Below are positions 48,645 to 58,196 of a stretch of 64,000 nt of DNA, in pieces. Position numbers and translations under genes: made by a program. How positions within the stretch are numbered: position 1 is the first letter of the stretch; every line of letters begins with the position of its first letter. This DNA comes from Candidatus Kaiserbacteria bacterium (GTDB taxonomy: Bacteria; Patescibacteriota; Minisyncoccia; Phycocordibacterales; UBA918). The notes below the pieces were generated by a model. It did not search any database, was not told the DNA's origin, and saw nothing but the letters and a program-made list of their open reading frames with translations. The DNA lies in contig CP064968.1 in assembly GCA_016699245.1 (NCBI GenBank), forward strand, positions 576,317 to 640,316. Reading direction: 5' to 3'.

Positions 48645-49257
48645 GTGAATCTGTGAGTTTTTTTCTTAGTTGTCGTATGTATACGTCGGTGATATTGCTA
48701 AATGCACTATAGGCGAAGTCCCAACAATGTTCAAGGAGTTGCTCACGAGTCACCACGGCGTCAGCATTTCGCATGAGGTACTCAAGTATCGAGTATTCCT
48801 TTGGCGTGAGGGTGATTTCCTTCCCTTTCTTCCTCAAGGTGTGCTCAGTGGTATTGAGTTCTAAATCTTGCATGTGAAGTGTGTCAACAAATTTTTCCTG
48901 TGGGCGACGAAGGAGTGCGCGGGCGCGTGCAAGCAGTTCTTTCATTTCAAATGGCTTCACGAGATAATCATCTGCACCGCTATCGAGCCCATCAACTTTG
49001 TCATCTATTTCCCCACACGCGGTAAGCATGAGAATAGGCATCACGTACCCTGCGGCGCGAAGTGTACGGCATACATCTTTGCCGTTTTTCTGAGGGAGCA
49101 TGACATCGAGTACAATAAGGTCGTATACCCCCGACCCAGCCATGCGCTCGCCAGACTCTCCATCACTCACCGTATCCACCGCATAGCCATGTTCCTCAAA
49201 CATTTGCTTAATGTAGGCTGCAAGTTTTTCGGTATCTTCTACTACAAGTATACGCAT
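48589..49257 (-). CDS. OmpR-family response regulator
   Basis: Receiver domain (LVVED...DLIVLDVMLP) and a C-terminal winged helix. Confidence 0.8.
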   Translation of the reverse strand: MRILVVEDTEKLAAYIKQMFEEHGYAVDTVSDGESGERMAGSGVYDLIVLDVMLPQKNGKDVCRTLRAAGYVMPILMLTACGEIDDKVDGLDSGADDYLVKPFEMKELLARARALLRRPQEKFVDTLHMQDLELNTTEHTLRKKGKEITLTPKEYSILEYLMRNADAVVTREQLLEHCWDFAYSAFSNITDVYIRQLRKKLTDSHEHYIETIRGVGYKFNSH

Positions 49258-49318
49258 GGGGATAGTATAGCGTGTATTCATCTTCTCTTCATCTTATGCT
49301 TGATACACTATATCCATT

Positions 49319-50218
49319 ATGCAGGAATTCACGTACACAGGTAAAGCGATGGGGACTGATTTTTCGGTTTCTATTGTGACTGAAAATGAAAGTGTTGCCC
49401 GCACTCTCTTTGAGAGTGCGGGCAACACTATACATGCGTACGAAGCGCGCTTTTCTCGATTCCTCCCCGAAAGTGAACTTTCACAACTCAATGCAACACG
49501 CACAGCAATTGTGTCTCCCGAGTTTCTTGAGGCACTTCTCGAAGCAGAACGACTCTTCGAGCTCACCCATGGTGTCTTTAATCCTTTAGTCCAAATAGAT
49601 CGCTTCGGATATGTGACCTCGTTTGAAACACTTGAAAGTACGACGCCTGCACCGTCTCCAGAAGAACCATACGATATCGACTTCTCTACCACATCTATTG
49701 ATCCTGAGATACGAAGCGTCATACTTAATGAGGGACAAAAATTGGACTTTGGAGGTTTTCTCAAAGGGTTCCTTGCAGAAAAAATTGCCAAAGAACTTAT
49801 GAACTCAGAAAATATAGTCCAAGGAGTCATCGTGAACCTCGGTGGTGATATTCATACTCAAGGACTTGATGCCGAAGGTGCTCCCTTCCTCTTTAGTATC
49901 TATAATCCCATTACCCAAAAAGACGATTTTCATCTTCCCCTCAAAGACGCAAGTCTCGCAACGAGTGGTATCTACAAACGTACATGGATGCATGGAGATA
50001 TTCCGACACACCACATCCTTGACCCTTCAGGTACTCATAACCCGGATTCAGACATTGTCTCAGCAAGTGTCGTACACGAACATGGTGGCATGACCGAAGC
50101 ATGTGCAAAAGTTTTTCTCTCTCTTGGGATTCAGAAAGCTTCACAGGTACTACGGGAGCACTCCATGCGCTACATTATTATTACCAAAGGCGGTACGTTA
50201 CTCACCGACACCATATGA
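49319..50218 (+). CDS. FAD:protein FMN transferase (ApbE family)
   Basis: ApbE-like motifs (THGVFNP, LDFGGFLKG, ATSGIY). Confidence 0.65.
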   Translation: MQEFTYTGKAMGTDFSVSIVTENESVARTLFESAGNTIHAYEARFSRFLPESELSQLNATRTAIVSPEFLEALLEAERLFELTHGVFNPLVQIDRFGYVTSFETLESTTPAPSPEEPYDIDFSTTSIDPEIRSVILNEGQKLDFGGFLKGFLAEKIAKELMNSENIVQGVIVNLGGDIHTQGLDAEGAPFLFSIYNPITQKDDFHLPLKDASLATSGIYKRTWMHGDIPTHHILDPSGTHNPDSDIVSASVVHEHGGMTEACAKVFLSLGIQKASQVLREHSMRYIIITKGGTLLTDTI

Positions 50219-50847
50219 AAACATATCTCAAAACAATTAAATTTTTACAAACCTTCTTCTTGGGTATTTCGATTGCGAGCATGCTCCTCTTACCCCTCAT
50301 TCTCTCGTTTCATCCTGATTGGGTAAGTCCAGCAAACACTCTGCTTTTGTATGATATTTCACATATCTCTGTCTTCTTTGTTATGCTCATACGCCCACTT
50401 GCTGACATCTTCCTCAAAGTGAAATGGATTCGCTCCCTTGTTATTCTTCGCAAAGGTGTTGGTGTCTTTTCTGCAGCGGTCGTGATGTCATTCATCTTTT
50501 CAAAGATTATTATGGACCCGGTCGGGTATTTTAGTGCATTAGGTACTTCCGCATACTGGTCACCCGCGAACTACGCACTTCTTGCACACCTTGCAGACAT
50601 TTCAGCAATCATACTTCTTGCAACTTCAAATAATCTTTCAAAGCGCATTATGGGTGCCCTATGGAAGAAGGTACAGAAACTCTCGTATGTGTTTTTCTAC
50701 GCAAGTTCACTCTTTGTGTTCCTCTCATACGGTGACATTGGCCCGTTCATATCAATGATTATTATTACGTTCGTGACCATACTCGCGTACCTCACGAATA
50801 GAACACGCGTCATAGAAGCACAACAAGCTAACCCCCAAACTGTATAA
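50215..50847 (+). CDS. Membrane protein, possibly ferric-reductase-like transmembrane component
   Basis: Six hydrophobic helices, encoded between apbE and an FNR-like reductase gene. Confidence 0.4.
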   Translation: MKTYLKTIKFLQTFFLGISIASMLLLPLILSFHPDWVSPANTLLLYDISHISVFFVMLIRPLADIFLKVKWIRSLVILRKGVGVFSAAVVMSFIFSKIIMDPVGYFSALGTSAYWSPANYALLAHLADISAIILLATSNNLSKRIMGALWKKVQKLSYVFFYASSLFVFLSYGDIGPFISMIIITFVTILAYLTNRTRVIEAQQANPQTV

Positions 50848-50850
50848 CAT

Positions 50851-51543
50851 ATGAAAAAACTCACTGCACACATTACACACATTAAAGACCTTTCAAAGAC
50901 TGCAAAAGAAATCACCCTTACCCTTCCCGAGCAGATAGATTTCATCGCTGGGCAATTCGTAAATATCTTTATGGATATCGATGGAGTTAGTGTAAGGCGC
51001 GCATACTCAATCTCTTCGTCTGATGATTACCAGTCTCACATATCACTTTCGATTCGAGAAACATTAAATGGTGTTATATCTCCTCTCTTTTGGAAAACTG
51101 ATTTAACGGGTACAACCCTAGAACTTATGGGACCACTTGGACTCAATACTGCTGACAAAATGAAAAGCCCACGTGCATATCTTTTTGCATACGGCGTCGG
51201 CGCAGGAGTCGTAAAGTCGGTGCTCGACCATGTGATTAAAAAAGGAATCGCAGAGAAAATAGTGGTTATGACCGGAAGTCGTTCAGAAGATGAAATACTG
51301 CACCGTGATTACTTTGATAGCATGGCACAAGAGCACCCCATAATTGAAGTACGTCATGTCATCTCAAAACCTGCGACCGCTGGATTCCGAGAAGGATACA
51401 TCCAAGACCATATTGACGGCATTGATTTCAATAATGCCGATGTCTATGCCTGTGGCCAAGGCGTTGCCTGTGACAGTCTCGTAGAAAAAATAAAAGCACA
51501 AAACCCTGAAAACTGTCATTTCTTTATCGAAGCATTTCATTAA
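50851..51543 (+). CDS. FAD/NAD(P)-binding oxidoreductase (FNR-like)
   Basis: RAYSISS FAD-binding motif and AYGVGAGV nucleotide-binding motif. Confidence 0.6.
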   Translation: MKKLTAHITHIKDLSKTAKEITLTLPEQIDFIAGQFVNIFMDIDGVSVRRAYSISSSDDYQSHISLSIRETLNGVISPLFWKTDLTGTTLELMGPLGLNTADKMKSPRAYLFAYGVGAGVVKSVLDHVIKKGIAEKIVVMTGSRSEDEILHRDYFDSMAQEHPIIEVRHVISKPATAGFREGYIQDHIDGIDFNNADVYACGQGVACDSLVEKIKAQNPENCHFFIEAFH

Positions 51544-51648
51544 AAATTAACAGGAAGGACCTGTTTAAACAGGTCCTTCCTGTTGATTTTGTAAAATACA
51601 AAACAGCCGATGCCCATAGGGCGCCGGCTGTTTTGATGTCACATGGCT

Positions 51649-53325
51649 TTACCCTTTTTTATGTTCGTATGATGCTTTGATGAATGCAGTAAAGAGTGGA
51701 TGTGGGGAGAGGGGGCGCGCATGGAATTCGGGATGGAATTGGGTACCCACAAAGAACGGATGCAGGTCACTCGGAAGTTCTGCTATCTCCATAAGAGTGC
51801 CGTCAGGAGAGGTTCCTGAAAATACCAATCCTTTTTCGGTAAGTGGCGCAATATATGTGGGATTTACCTCGTAACGGTGGCGGTGACGTTCACTAATCTC
51901 GCGTGCGTTATACGCTCGCGCGGCTACAGACCCCTTTGTGAGGACTGCAGGATATTCTCCAAGGCGCATTGAGCCACCCATATCGCCACGGGCAATCTTT
52001 TCTTTTTGCTCAGGCATGACGTCGACCACTATATGTTTTGAAGTAGGTTCTATTTCTGCAGTATGGGCATCTTTGTACCTAAGTATCGTGCGTGCAAACT
52101 CAATAACCAAAAGTTGCATACCATAGCAAATACCGAAGTAGGGAATCTTTTTTTCGCGTGCGTATTTAATAACTGAAAGCAGTCCTGGAATACCCGTAGC
52201 ACCAAATCCGCCCGGGACAAGGATGCCATCAAAGTCATTCAGCTTCTTTAAACTTTTTGGATTATCCTCAAAACTTGACGCAGAAACATAGTGAATCTCT
52301 GGAGTGAGATGGAGTGCATAAGCAGAGTATTTAATCGCTTCAAGAACGGAAATGTATACGTCTGAGAGAATGAAATCGCCTGAACTAAAATACTTCCCCA
52401 CCACGGCAATCTTTACCACATCCTTGCCATTCTTTGACCGTGACACAAAATTCTTCCAGGCAGTGAGGTTCACTGGCCTCGGAGCCACAATACCGAGTTG
52501 CGCACAGATAAGTGCAGAAAGATTATCTTTTTCAAAATTAACGGGAACATCGTACACACTTTTCACATCAGGTGCCGAAATGACATGCTCAACTTTCACA
52601 TTACAAAAACGAGCAATTTTTTCTTTCCGTTTTTTATCTATCACCACGGGACCACGTGCAAGAATAAAATCTGCAAAGACACCAGTGCTGTTCAAGATAC
52701 GCGCAGCGGTCTGCGTGGGCTTGGTTTTCATTTCCCCGATACTCGAGGGTACCGGGAGGTAACTCACCATAACCACAGCCACATGCTCCGGCATCTCGGT
52801 TTTCATCATGCGCACCGCCTCAAGAAAAAGAATGTTTTGGTATTCACCCACGGTACCCCCCACTTCGATTGTAATCACGTCAGCGTCTGCTGCTTCGCCC
52901 GCTTTTTTAATACGTCGAATCACCTCTTCGGGAATATGAGGAACAACCTCAACATTTTTTCCTCCGTACTCAAGATTGCGCTCCTTCCGTATCACGTCCT
53001 GATACACACTTCCTGTCGTCATGTAGTTGATACCAGGAATAGTCTTCCCCAAGAAGCGCTCGTAATTACCCATGTCTTGGTCTGTTTCGAGACCGTTTTC
53101 AAGTACAAAAACCTCACCATGCTCAGTGGGATTCATCGTGCCTGCGTCAACGTTGATGTATGGATCTATCTTGAGTGAAGTGACGGTTAGACCACGAGAC
53201 TGAAGCAAGAGTGCAATAGAGGATGAGGCAATGCCCTTCCCCACACCACTCATTACTCCTCCGACGATAAAAATGTATGAACGTGTTTTACTTTTTTGCG
53301 CAACTGAAGTTTTTTTATTGGTCAT
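51649..53325 (-). CDS. pyrG: CTP synthase
   Basis: N-terminal synthetase P-loop region GGVMSGVGKGI and C-terminal glutaminase GICYGMQ with catalytic Cys. Confidence 0.9.
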   Translation of the reverse strand: MTNKKTSVAQKSKTRSYIFIVGGVMSGVGKGIASSSIALLLQSRGLTVTSLKIDPYINVDAGTMNPTEHGEVFVLENGLETDQDMGNYERFLGKTIPGINYMTTGSVYQDVIRKERNLEYGGKNVEVVPHIPEEVIRRIKKAGEAADADVITIEVGGTVGEYQNILFLEAVRMMKTEMPEHVAVVMVSYLPVPSSIGEMKTKPTQTAARILNSTGVFADFILARGPVVIDKKRKEKIARFCNVKVEHVISAPDVKSVYDVPVNFEKDNLSALICAQLGIVAPRPVNLTAWKNFVSRSKNGKDVVKIAVVGKYFSSGDFILSDVYISVLEAIKYSAYALHLTPEIHYVSASSFEDNPKSLKKLNDFDGILVPGGFGATGIPGLLSVIKYAREKKIPYFGICYGMQLLVIEFARTILRYKDAHTAEIEPTSKHIVVDVMPEQKEKIARGDMGGSMRLGEYPAVLTKGSVAARAYNAREISERHRHRYEVNPTYIAPLTEKGLVFSGTSPDGTLMEIAELPSDLHPFFVGTQFHPEFHARPLSPHPLFTAFIKASYEHKKG

Positions 53326-53327
53326 GG

Positions 53328-54299
53328 TTATACACGAAGATATCTAGCAATGGCAAGTGTACTCGACACAACGCCGAGTACAATTCCCGAGCCGACAAGT
53401 ACAATGAAGAGATACCCAAAGTTTTCTACAAAATAGTTAAAGATATTGAATCCAAAGAATACATCAGTTCCTGGACCAAGCCACAACACGACTGGATATA
53501 ATACAAGAAGTGTGAGTACACCCGCAATAAGTCCGTAGAGTACTCCCTGAAGCACAAATGGCCCACGAATAAACATGTTGGATGCTCCCACAAGGCGCAT
53601 CACGCTAATTTCTTCACGCGATGTGTAGATAGCGAGACGAATGGTATTGAAGGCAATCAGAATTGAGGCACCGATGAGAATGAGCATCGCAAAATAACTC
53701 GTACGCTCGACAGTATTGATAATATTCGTGAGTTTGTCGATTGCCTCCTTATTTTGATTGAAATTGATACGATCAATAAGTGGTGCCTCGGATGATTCTG
53801 CGGCTTGATGGTCAGTGAGGAAGGTTGCAATACTCTCGTATTGAGAAGTCTCATTTGCTCGAATCGAGAGTGACGCACCGAGCGGATTATCACCGAGTTC
53901 TTCAAGAGCCTGAATAGTGAGTTCATCGTTTTGATGCCGTTCACGGAATTGTGCAAGCGCATCTTCACGTGAGGTATAGATGACCTCACGCACATCAGGG
54001 AGACTTTCGAGAGAAGATTTCAGTACATTGATTTCGTCTTCACTGGCGGAAGTCACCATGTACACATTAATATCTACCTTTTCGCGCACCTGCACGAGTG
54101 AGGCATCGAGGAGTTGCCCGGTAAGCATGGAACTGCCCACGACGATGAGTGTTATTGCGATAACAAAAATTGCCGAAAGCGACACGAAGCCGTTACGCCA
54201 AAACCCAACAAACCCTGCTCGAATGACCCGTTTAAGACTAGTAACCATATTTATATATTGAATTGCATACTTATAGAACGTACTTACCCTCCGCATCAT
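53328..54299 (-). CDS. ftsX: Cell-division ABC transporter permease FtsX
   Basis: FtsX topology with a C-terminal 3-TM MacB-like block. Located downstream of ftsE. Confidence 0.75.
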   Translation of the reverse strand: MMRRVSTFYKYAIQYINMVTSLKRVIRAGFVGFWRNGFVSLSAIFVIAITLIVVGSSMLTGQLLDASLVQVREKVDINVYMVTSASEDEINVLKSSLESLPDVREVIYTSREDALAQFRERHQNDELTIQALEELGDNPLGASLSIRANETSQYESIATFLTDHQAAESSEAPLIDRINFNQNKEAIDKLTNIINTVERTSYFAMLILIGASILIAFNTIRLAIYTSREEISVMRLVGASNMFIRGPFVLQGVLYGLIAGVLTLLVLYPVVLWLGPGTDVFFGFNIFNYFVENFGYLFIVLVGSGIVLGVVSSTLAIARYLRV

Positions 54300-54954
54300 C
54301 TCGTACTATCCGGCCCTCATCCATGGTAATCACACGTCTCCCGAGTGCGTCGATAACGCCTTTATTATGTGTAGTCATAATGACAGTAGTGCCGAGGTCA
54401 TTAATTTTTTTCAAAATCTGGACGACTTCATATGTAGCGATAGGATCGAGATTGCCTGTGGGCTCATCCGCAATAATAATATCGGGTTGATTCACAATGG
54501 CACGTGCAATAGCCACACGCTGTTTCTCACCACCAGAAAGTTCATGAGGGAAATTCCACACTTTGTCACCTAAATCTACCAGATCAAGTGCCTGAGGCAC
54601 GTTCTCCGCAATCTCTTCATCGGAACGGCCATTTGCCTCCATCGCAAAGGCGATATTCTCATAGGCAGTCATGTGAGGTAGGAGCTTAAAGTCCTGAAAG
54701 ACGGTACCTATTTTGCGACGAAACTTTGGCAGTGCACTTCGCGAAATAGCATGGATGTCGAGTGACTCAAAAAAAACTTGTCCTTTGGTGGGCTTATCTT
54801 CAGCAATAAGCATTTTGAGCAGTGTGGTTTTACCCGCACCTGAATGTCCCACAATAGAAACAAACTCATTGGGTGCTACCTGAAACGTTACATCGTGGAG
54901 TGCCACAGAACGGCCTGCATTGTATATCTTTGAAACGTTATCAAAATAAATCAT
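54271..54954 (-). CDS. ftsE: Cell-division ABC transporter ATPase FtsE
   Basis: Walker A GHSGAGKTT, ABC signature LSGGEKQR and Walker B IIIADE. Confidence 0.85.
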   Translation of the reverse strand: MIYFDNVSKIYNAGRSVALHDVTFQVAPNEFVSIVGHSGAGKTTLLKMLIAEDKPTKGQVFFESLDIHAISRSALPKFRRKIGTVFQDFKLLPHMTAYENIAFAMEANGRSDEEIAENVPQALDLVDLGDKVWNFPHELSGGEKQRVAIARAIVNQPDIIIADEPTGNLDPIATYEVVQILKKINDLGTTVIMTTHNKGVIDALGRRVITMDEGRIVRDDAEGKYVL

Positions 54955-55065
54955 ATATCGTACCTATTCTACTGGTATGAGGGGTGCATGTCCATTACTT
55001 TCTGATGAACATGCGCCCCTCAAAAGTGGGAACACTCAAAACAGCGCTTTTATGCGCACGTTTAA

Positions 55066-56025
55066 CTATGTTAACTCCGCCTCTGCGTCCAGAAATACTT
55101 GTATATCGCCATTAAGGACCTTGTCGGTGTCTCGCACTTCCACCTCGGTACGATGATCTTTTACCATTTGATATGGATGGAGTACGTACGAGCGAATCTG
55201 ACTCCCCCATTCTATCTTCACCGTCTTTTCTATTGAAAGTCCCTTGAGTTCACGTGCGTGTTGCTCTTCGGTAAACGCAAAGACTTTTCCTGCAAGGAGG
55301 GTGAGTGCCTTTTCTTTATTTTGCTGCTGACTACGCTCTGAAGAAACGTGCACTGAAATGCGCGTGGGCGTGTGGGTTGCACGCACCGCGGTCTCACGTT
55401 TATTTACATTCTGTCCACCCGCGCCACCTGACTTTGCATACGTAATTTCAACATCCTCCTCCGCTAGGTCTACTTCCTTCATATCAACTACCTGTGGTGA
55501 GACTTCTACGAGCGCAAATGATGTCTGCCGTTTACCATTCGCATTAAAGGGCGACATGCGTACCAAGCGATGCACCCCTGACTCACGACGCAACGTCCCA
55601 TACGCCTCCTTCCCACTCACCTCAAATACAATATTGCGATACCCGTTTTCATTGTTTGCATTTGAATCAAGGATGGTAAGCCCCCAGCCTCTCCCTTCTG
55701 CATAGCGCTTATACATCTCCACAAGCATACGTGCAAAATCCTCGGCATCGTCGCCCCCTGCCCCTGCCACTATAGTAATGACTGCGGGTGCTTTGTCGTA
55801 TTTTCCTTTCCCTAAAGCCACATCTTTAAGAGATTCGAGTTCCTTAAACATAGCCTGAGCCTTCGCCGGCTCATTCCAAAAATCAGGCCGCACCATTGCT
55901 TCCTCAATTTCTTTTATTCTTTCCTCATGAGACTGTGCCATTTGTATGAGTATAACAGAAATGTGGCCGGCTCAAAGAGAGCCGGCCACAGGGGTGCGAT
56001 TGTTACATCGCAGTATTTCAATCAT
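55066..56025 (-). CDS. prfB: Peptide chain release factor 2, with an in-frame UGA at codon 18
   Basis: SPF and GGQ motifs in the main ORF (55066-55941). An upstream 17-codon ORF MIEILRCNNRTPVAGSL ends in CTT TGA (TGA at 55972-55974). It matches the RF2 N-terminus and is in the same frame as the main ORF. Confidence 0.7.
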
Positions 56026-56107
56026 GAGAACGGGATAAAGGAACATCATGGTGACGTATCATTACACTTTCTTCTGGAGTTCTAAAGAGCGAATTCTGTG
56101 CGTGAAA

Positions 56108-56566
56108 TTATTTAAACACCTTCCACATGTCCATTTTAAGATCTAGTGGGATTGTGTCATCTGCCATTATGCTGGTTTTCCAGTCATTGAAACTGACATA
56201 ATTTACGCCTAGAACTGAATTTTCTTTCTGCCAAAGTCTTTGAATGGCGCGCAAATCTTCTGCAGTACATTCACGCCAGAACACAACGACAGGACGACGA
56301 GCATCCTCAGATTGTTGCACAATATCAAAACTGGTTTGCGTGTATTCATTCTGGCGTGGATACACGACACAATCTATCATTCGGCAGATCTCTCTGAAGG
56401 CTGAAGGATTTACCTCGCTGCATCGCAATCGATACGAAACTTCAGTGCCTGACGCAGAAACTTTAGTCGCGGTGTACAAAACACCGACACGTGGGTTGAA
56501 TTTACTCATCTTTCTCTCCTTGTAATGAACTTTTCGAAAATGAAGTACTACCTTCATGTGGTTCAC
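56108..56566 (-). CDS. Hypothetical protein
   Basis: 152-aa ORF. No recognised motif. Confidence 0.4.
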   Translation of the reverse strand: MNHMKVVLHFRKVHYKERKMSKFNPRVGVLYTATKVSASGTEVSYRLRCSEVNPSAFREICRMIDCVVYPRQNEYTQTSFDIVQQSEDARRPVVVFWRECTAEDLRAIQRLWQKENSVLGVNYVSFNDWKTSIMADDTIPLDLKMDMWKVFK

Positions 56567-56787
56567 ATTAAATCACTTTTAGAACAAAAGTCAATAGATG
56601 GTGGTAATGTGTAGACACATATGGCGGTTTTCTCTATCGTTAAAGAACGTATACGCCTCTGACACACAAAATCCCCATCGAGGGATTTATCCTTAAGTTA
56701 CCTCATTATTCGAAGTACATTAGTGGTGAAGGTGCCCACACTTCCAAAACCAGGATTAAACTACTGTAAAAATAGTAGTCTTTATAA

Positions 56788-57666
56788 TTATGTAAGGAGC
56801 AATTCAGCAACAAGCTTGTCTGCGACACGATCTGCTTCATCACGAGCAATAGTCATCTTCGCAAGAATCATTTTTCTCTCATCCTCTGAGATCCCTAGTC
56901 TAATCGGTTTAGCATGTAAATCAAAATAATGTTTGGCTACTCCTGAAAGGTCTTTCTTATCGAATAGAGAAGGTGGTACCGGAGACTTCTTACCATACGA
57001 AACCAACGGCACATTTAGTTCAGTTTCCATTGCCCTCGCTACTTTGTACGAATTAATATTTGTGGTGAGTATAACAGGTGTGATGTTATTTCCTTGCAAA
57101 GCTTTTATCACTGGAATAAGGCCCTCTCCACTTTCTATAAATTCAGTCACAATGAGTGCGTCAGAGATATTTAAGGAAGACTCAGTTTTTAATTCTGCAA
57201 TGTACGCACTTATCTCAGCTTCCTTTTTTGCCACTCCTAATTCTAGCTCCTTAAGAGATAATCCTTCTTTATTGCTATGTATTGACGTCCCGGCAATAAA
57301 ATGGGTGGGGATTTTTGGTCGACCGGTATTTTCATAAGCGACGTTGATAATCTTCCTCACGATGAGTGCTGGGATTCTGCCAGATGTATCGTCACCAATA
57401 AGTAACTGGAATTCTCCATTCTCTATCTTTTCGAGAACCGGTTCAAGCATTTTTCCTATAGACTCGTGTAATTCACTAACGATCCGTCTTATTTCCACAA
57501 CTGTCTCATCCCCAAGGAATCTAGCCGCCTGCTCTACTTGGTTAGAATCAGACTCTATCGAGAAATCCTGTGATTGTTCGGATAATTCTTCTTTATCAAT
57601 TGATGATTCCCCAGACACTGTCTCGGGTACACTTAATTTTTTATTACCAAACCCTTCGTGAATCAT
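56788..57666 (-). CDS. Hypothetical protein (possible PRTase-like fold)
   Basis: LLIGDDTSGRIPALIVRK is weakly reminiscent of a PRPP-binding loop. Confidence 0.4.
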   Translation of the reverse strand: MIHEGFGNKKLSVPETVSGESSIDKEELSEQSQDFSIESDSNQVEQAARFLGDETVVEIRRIVSELHESIGKMLEPVLEKIENGEFQLLIGDDTSGRIPALIVRKIINVAYENTGRPKIPTHFIAGTSIHSNKEGLSLKELELGVAKKEAEISAYIAELKTESSLNISDALIVTEFIESGEGLIPVIKALQGNNITPVILTTNINSYKVARAMETELNVPLVSYGKKSPVPPSLFDKKDLSGVAKHYFDLHAKPIRLGISEDERKMILAKMTIARDEADRVADKLVAELLLT

Positions 57667-57698
57667 ATTATGTTTTACCCATCACTTCGTCCTTCGTG

Positions 57699-57975
57699 AG
57701 CCATCTCCCGGGATTGAACCGGGGACCTCATCCTTCGCTTACACCCCAATTTACAAAAAGTGATATATGGGGACTAGACTGTATCTTACGCATACCTTTC
57801 GGCGTAGCGTCCCTTGTCAGTCGTTCGGGCCTCCACCACGTGGTGATTGCCACGGTCTTAACTCCACATGAGCCGTTAACCGTTATTCAGGATTCGCTTG
57901 CCTGTTTCCGGGCAAGTGGGCAAGAAGTCAATGCGACTTACCATGGATGCGCTCTACCGACTGAGCTAAGATGGC
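57699..57975 (-). tRNA. tRNA-Thr (anticodon GGT) interrupted by a 204-nt intron in the anticodon loop
   Basis: Exons 57940-57975 and 57699-57735 splice to a canonical 73-nt tRNA-Thr(GGU), closely similar to E. coli tRNA-Thr(GGU). The intron (57736-57939) follows U36 and ends in G. Confidence 0.65.
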
Positions 57976-58085
57976 TTCTTTCTGCTGCCGCAATTCGGTT
58001 ATTGCAGACAGTGACTAGAATACCAAATTGTTTGGTTGAAAACAAACGGTATCTATACTAGGATTGTGGAGTCGCCATAAAAATT

Positions 58086-58158
58086 GCCGAGGTAGCTCAG
58101 TTGGCAGAGCAGTGGTATCGTAAACCTCAGGTCGCCGGTTCGATTCCGGCCCTCGGCT
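58086..58158 (+). tRNA. tRNA-Thr (anticodon CGT)
   Basis: Manual cloverleaf: acceptor GCCGAGG/CCTCGGC, anticodon loop ATCGTAA, T-arm GCCGG-TTCGATT-CCGGC. Confidence 0.7.
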
Positions 58159-58166
58159 CAAAGATA

Positions 58167-58196
58167 AAAATAACTCTCCAAGGGGAGTTATTTTTA
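58167..58196. terminator. Hairpin terminator between tRNA-Thr(CGT) and the convergent ORF
   Basis: aaaataactctcc aa ggggagttattttt. Confidence 0.5.

Noticed and set aside
55942-56025. In-frame TGA in prfB as evidence for a UGA-recoding genetic code (code 4 or 25)
   Set aside because: Very long ORFs elsewhere (2208, 975, 923 and 765 aa) contain no internal TGA under the standard code, so genome-wide reassignment is implausible. Treated as a locus-specific feature or an error.
56570-56787. 218-bp ORF-free gap considered as a possible SRP or RNase P-type ncRNA
   Set aside because: No conserved SRP domain IV or RNase P P4 sequence could be recognised by eye. Left unannotated.
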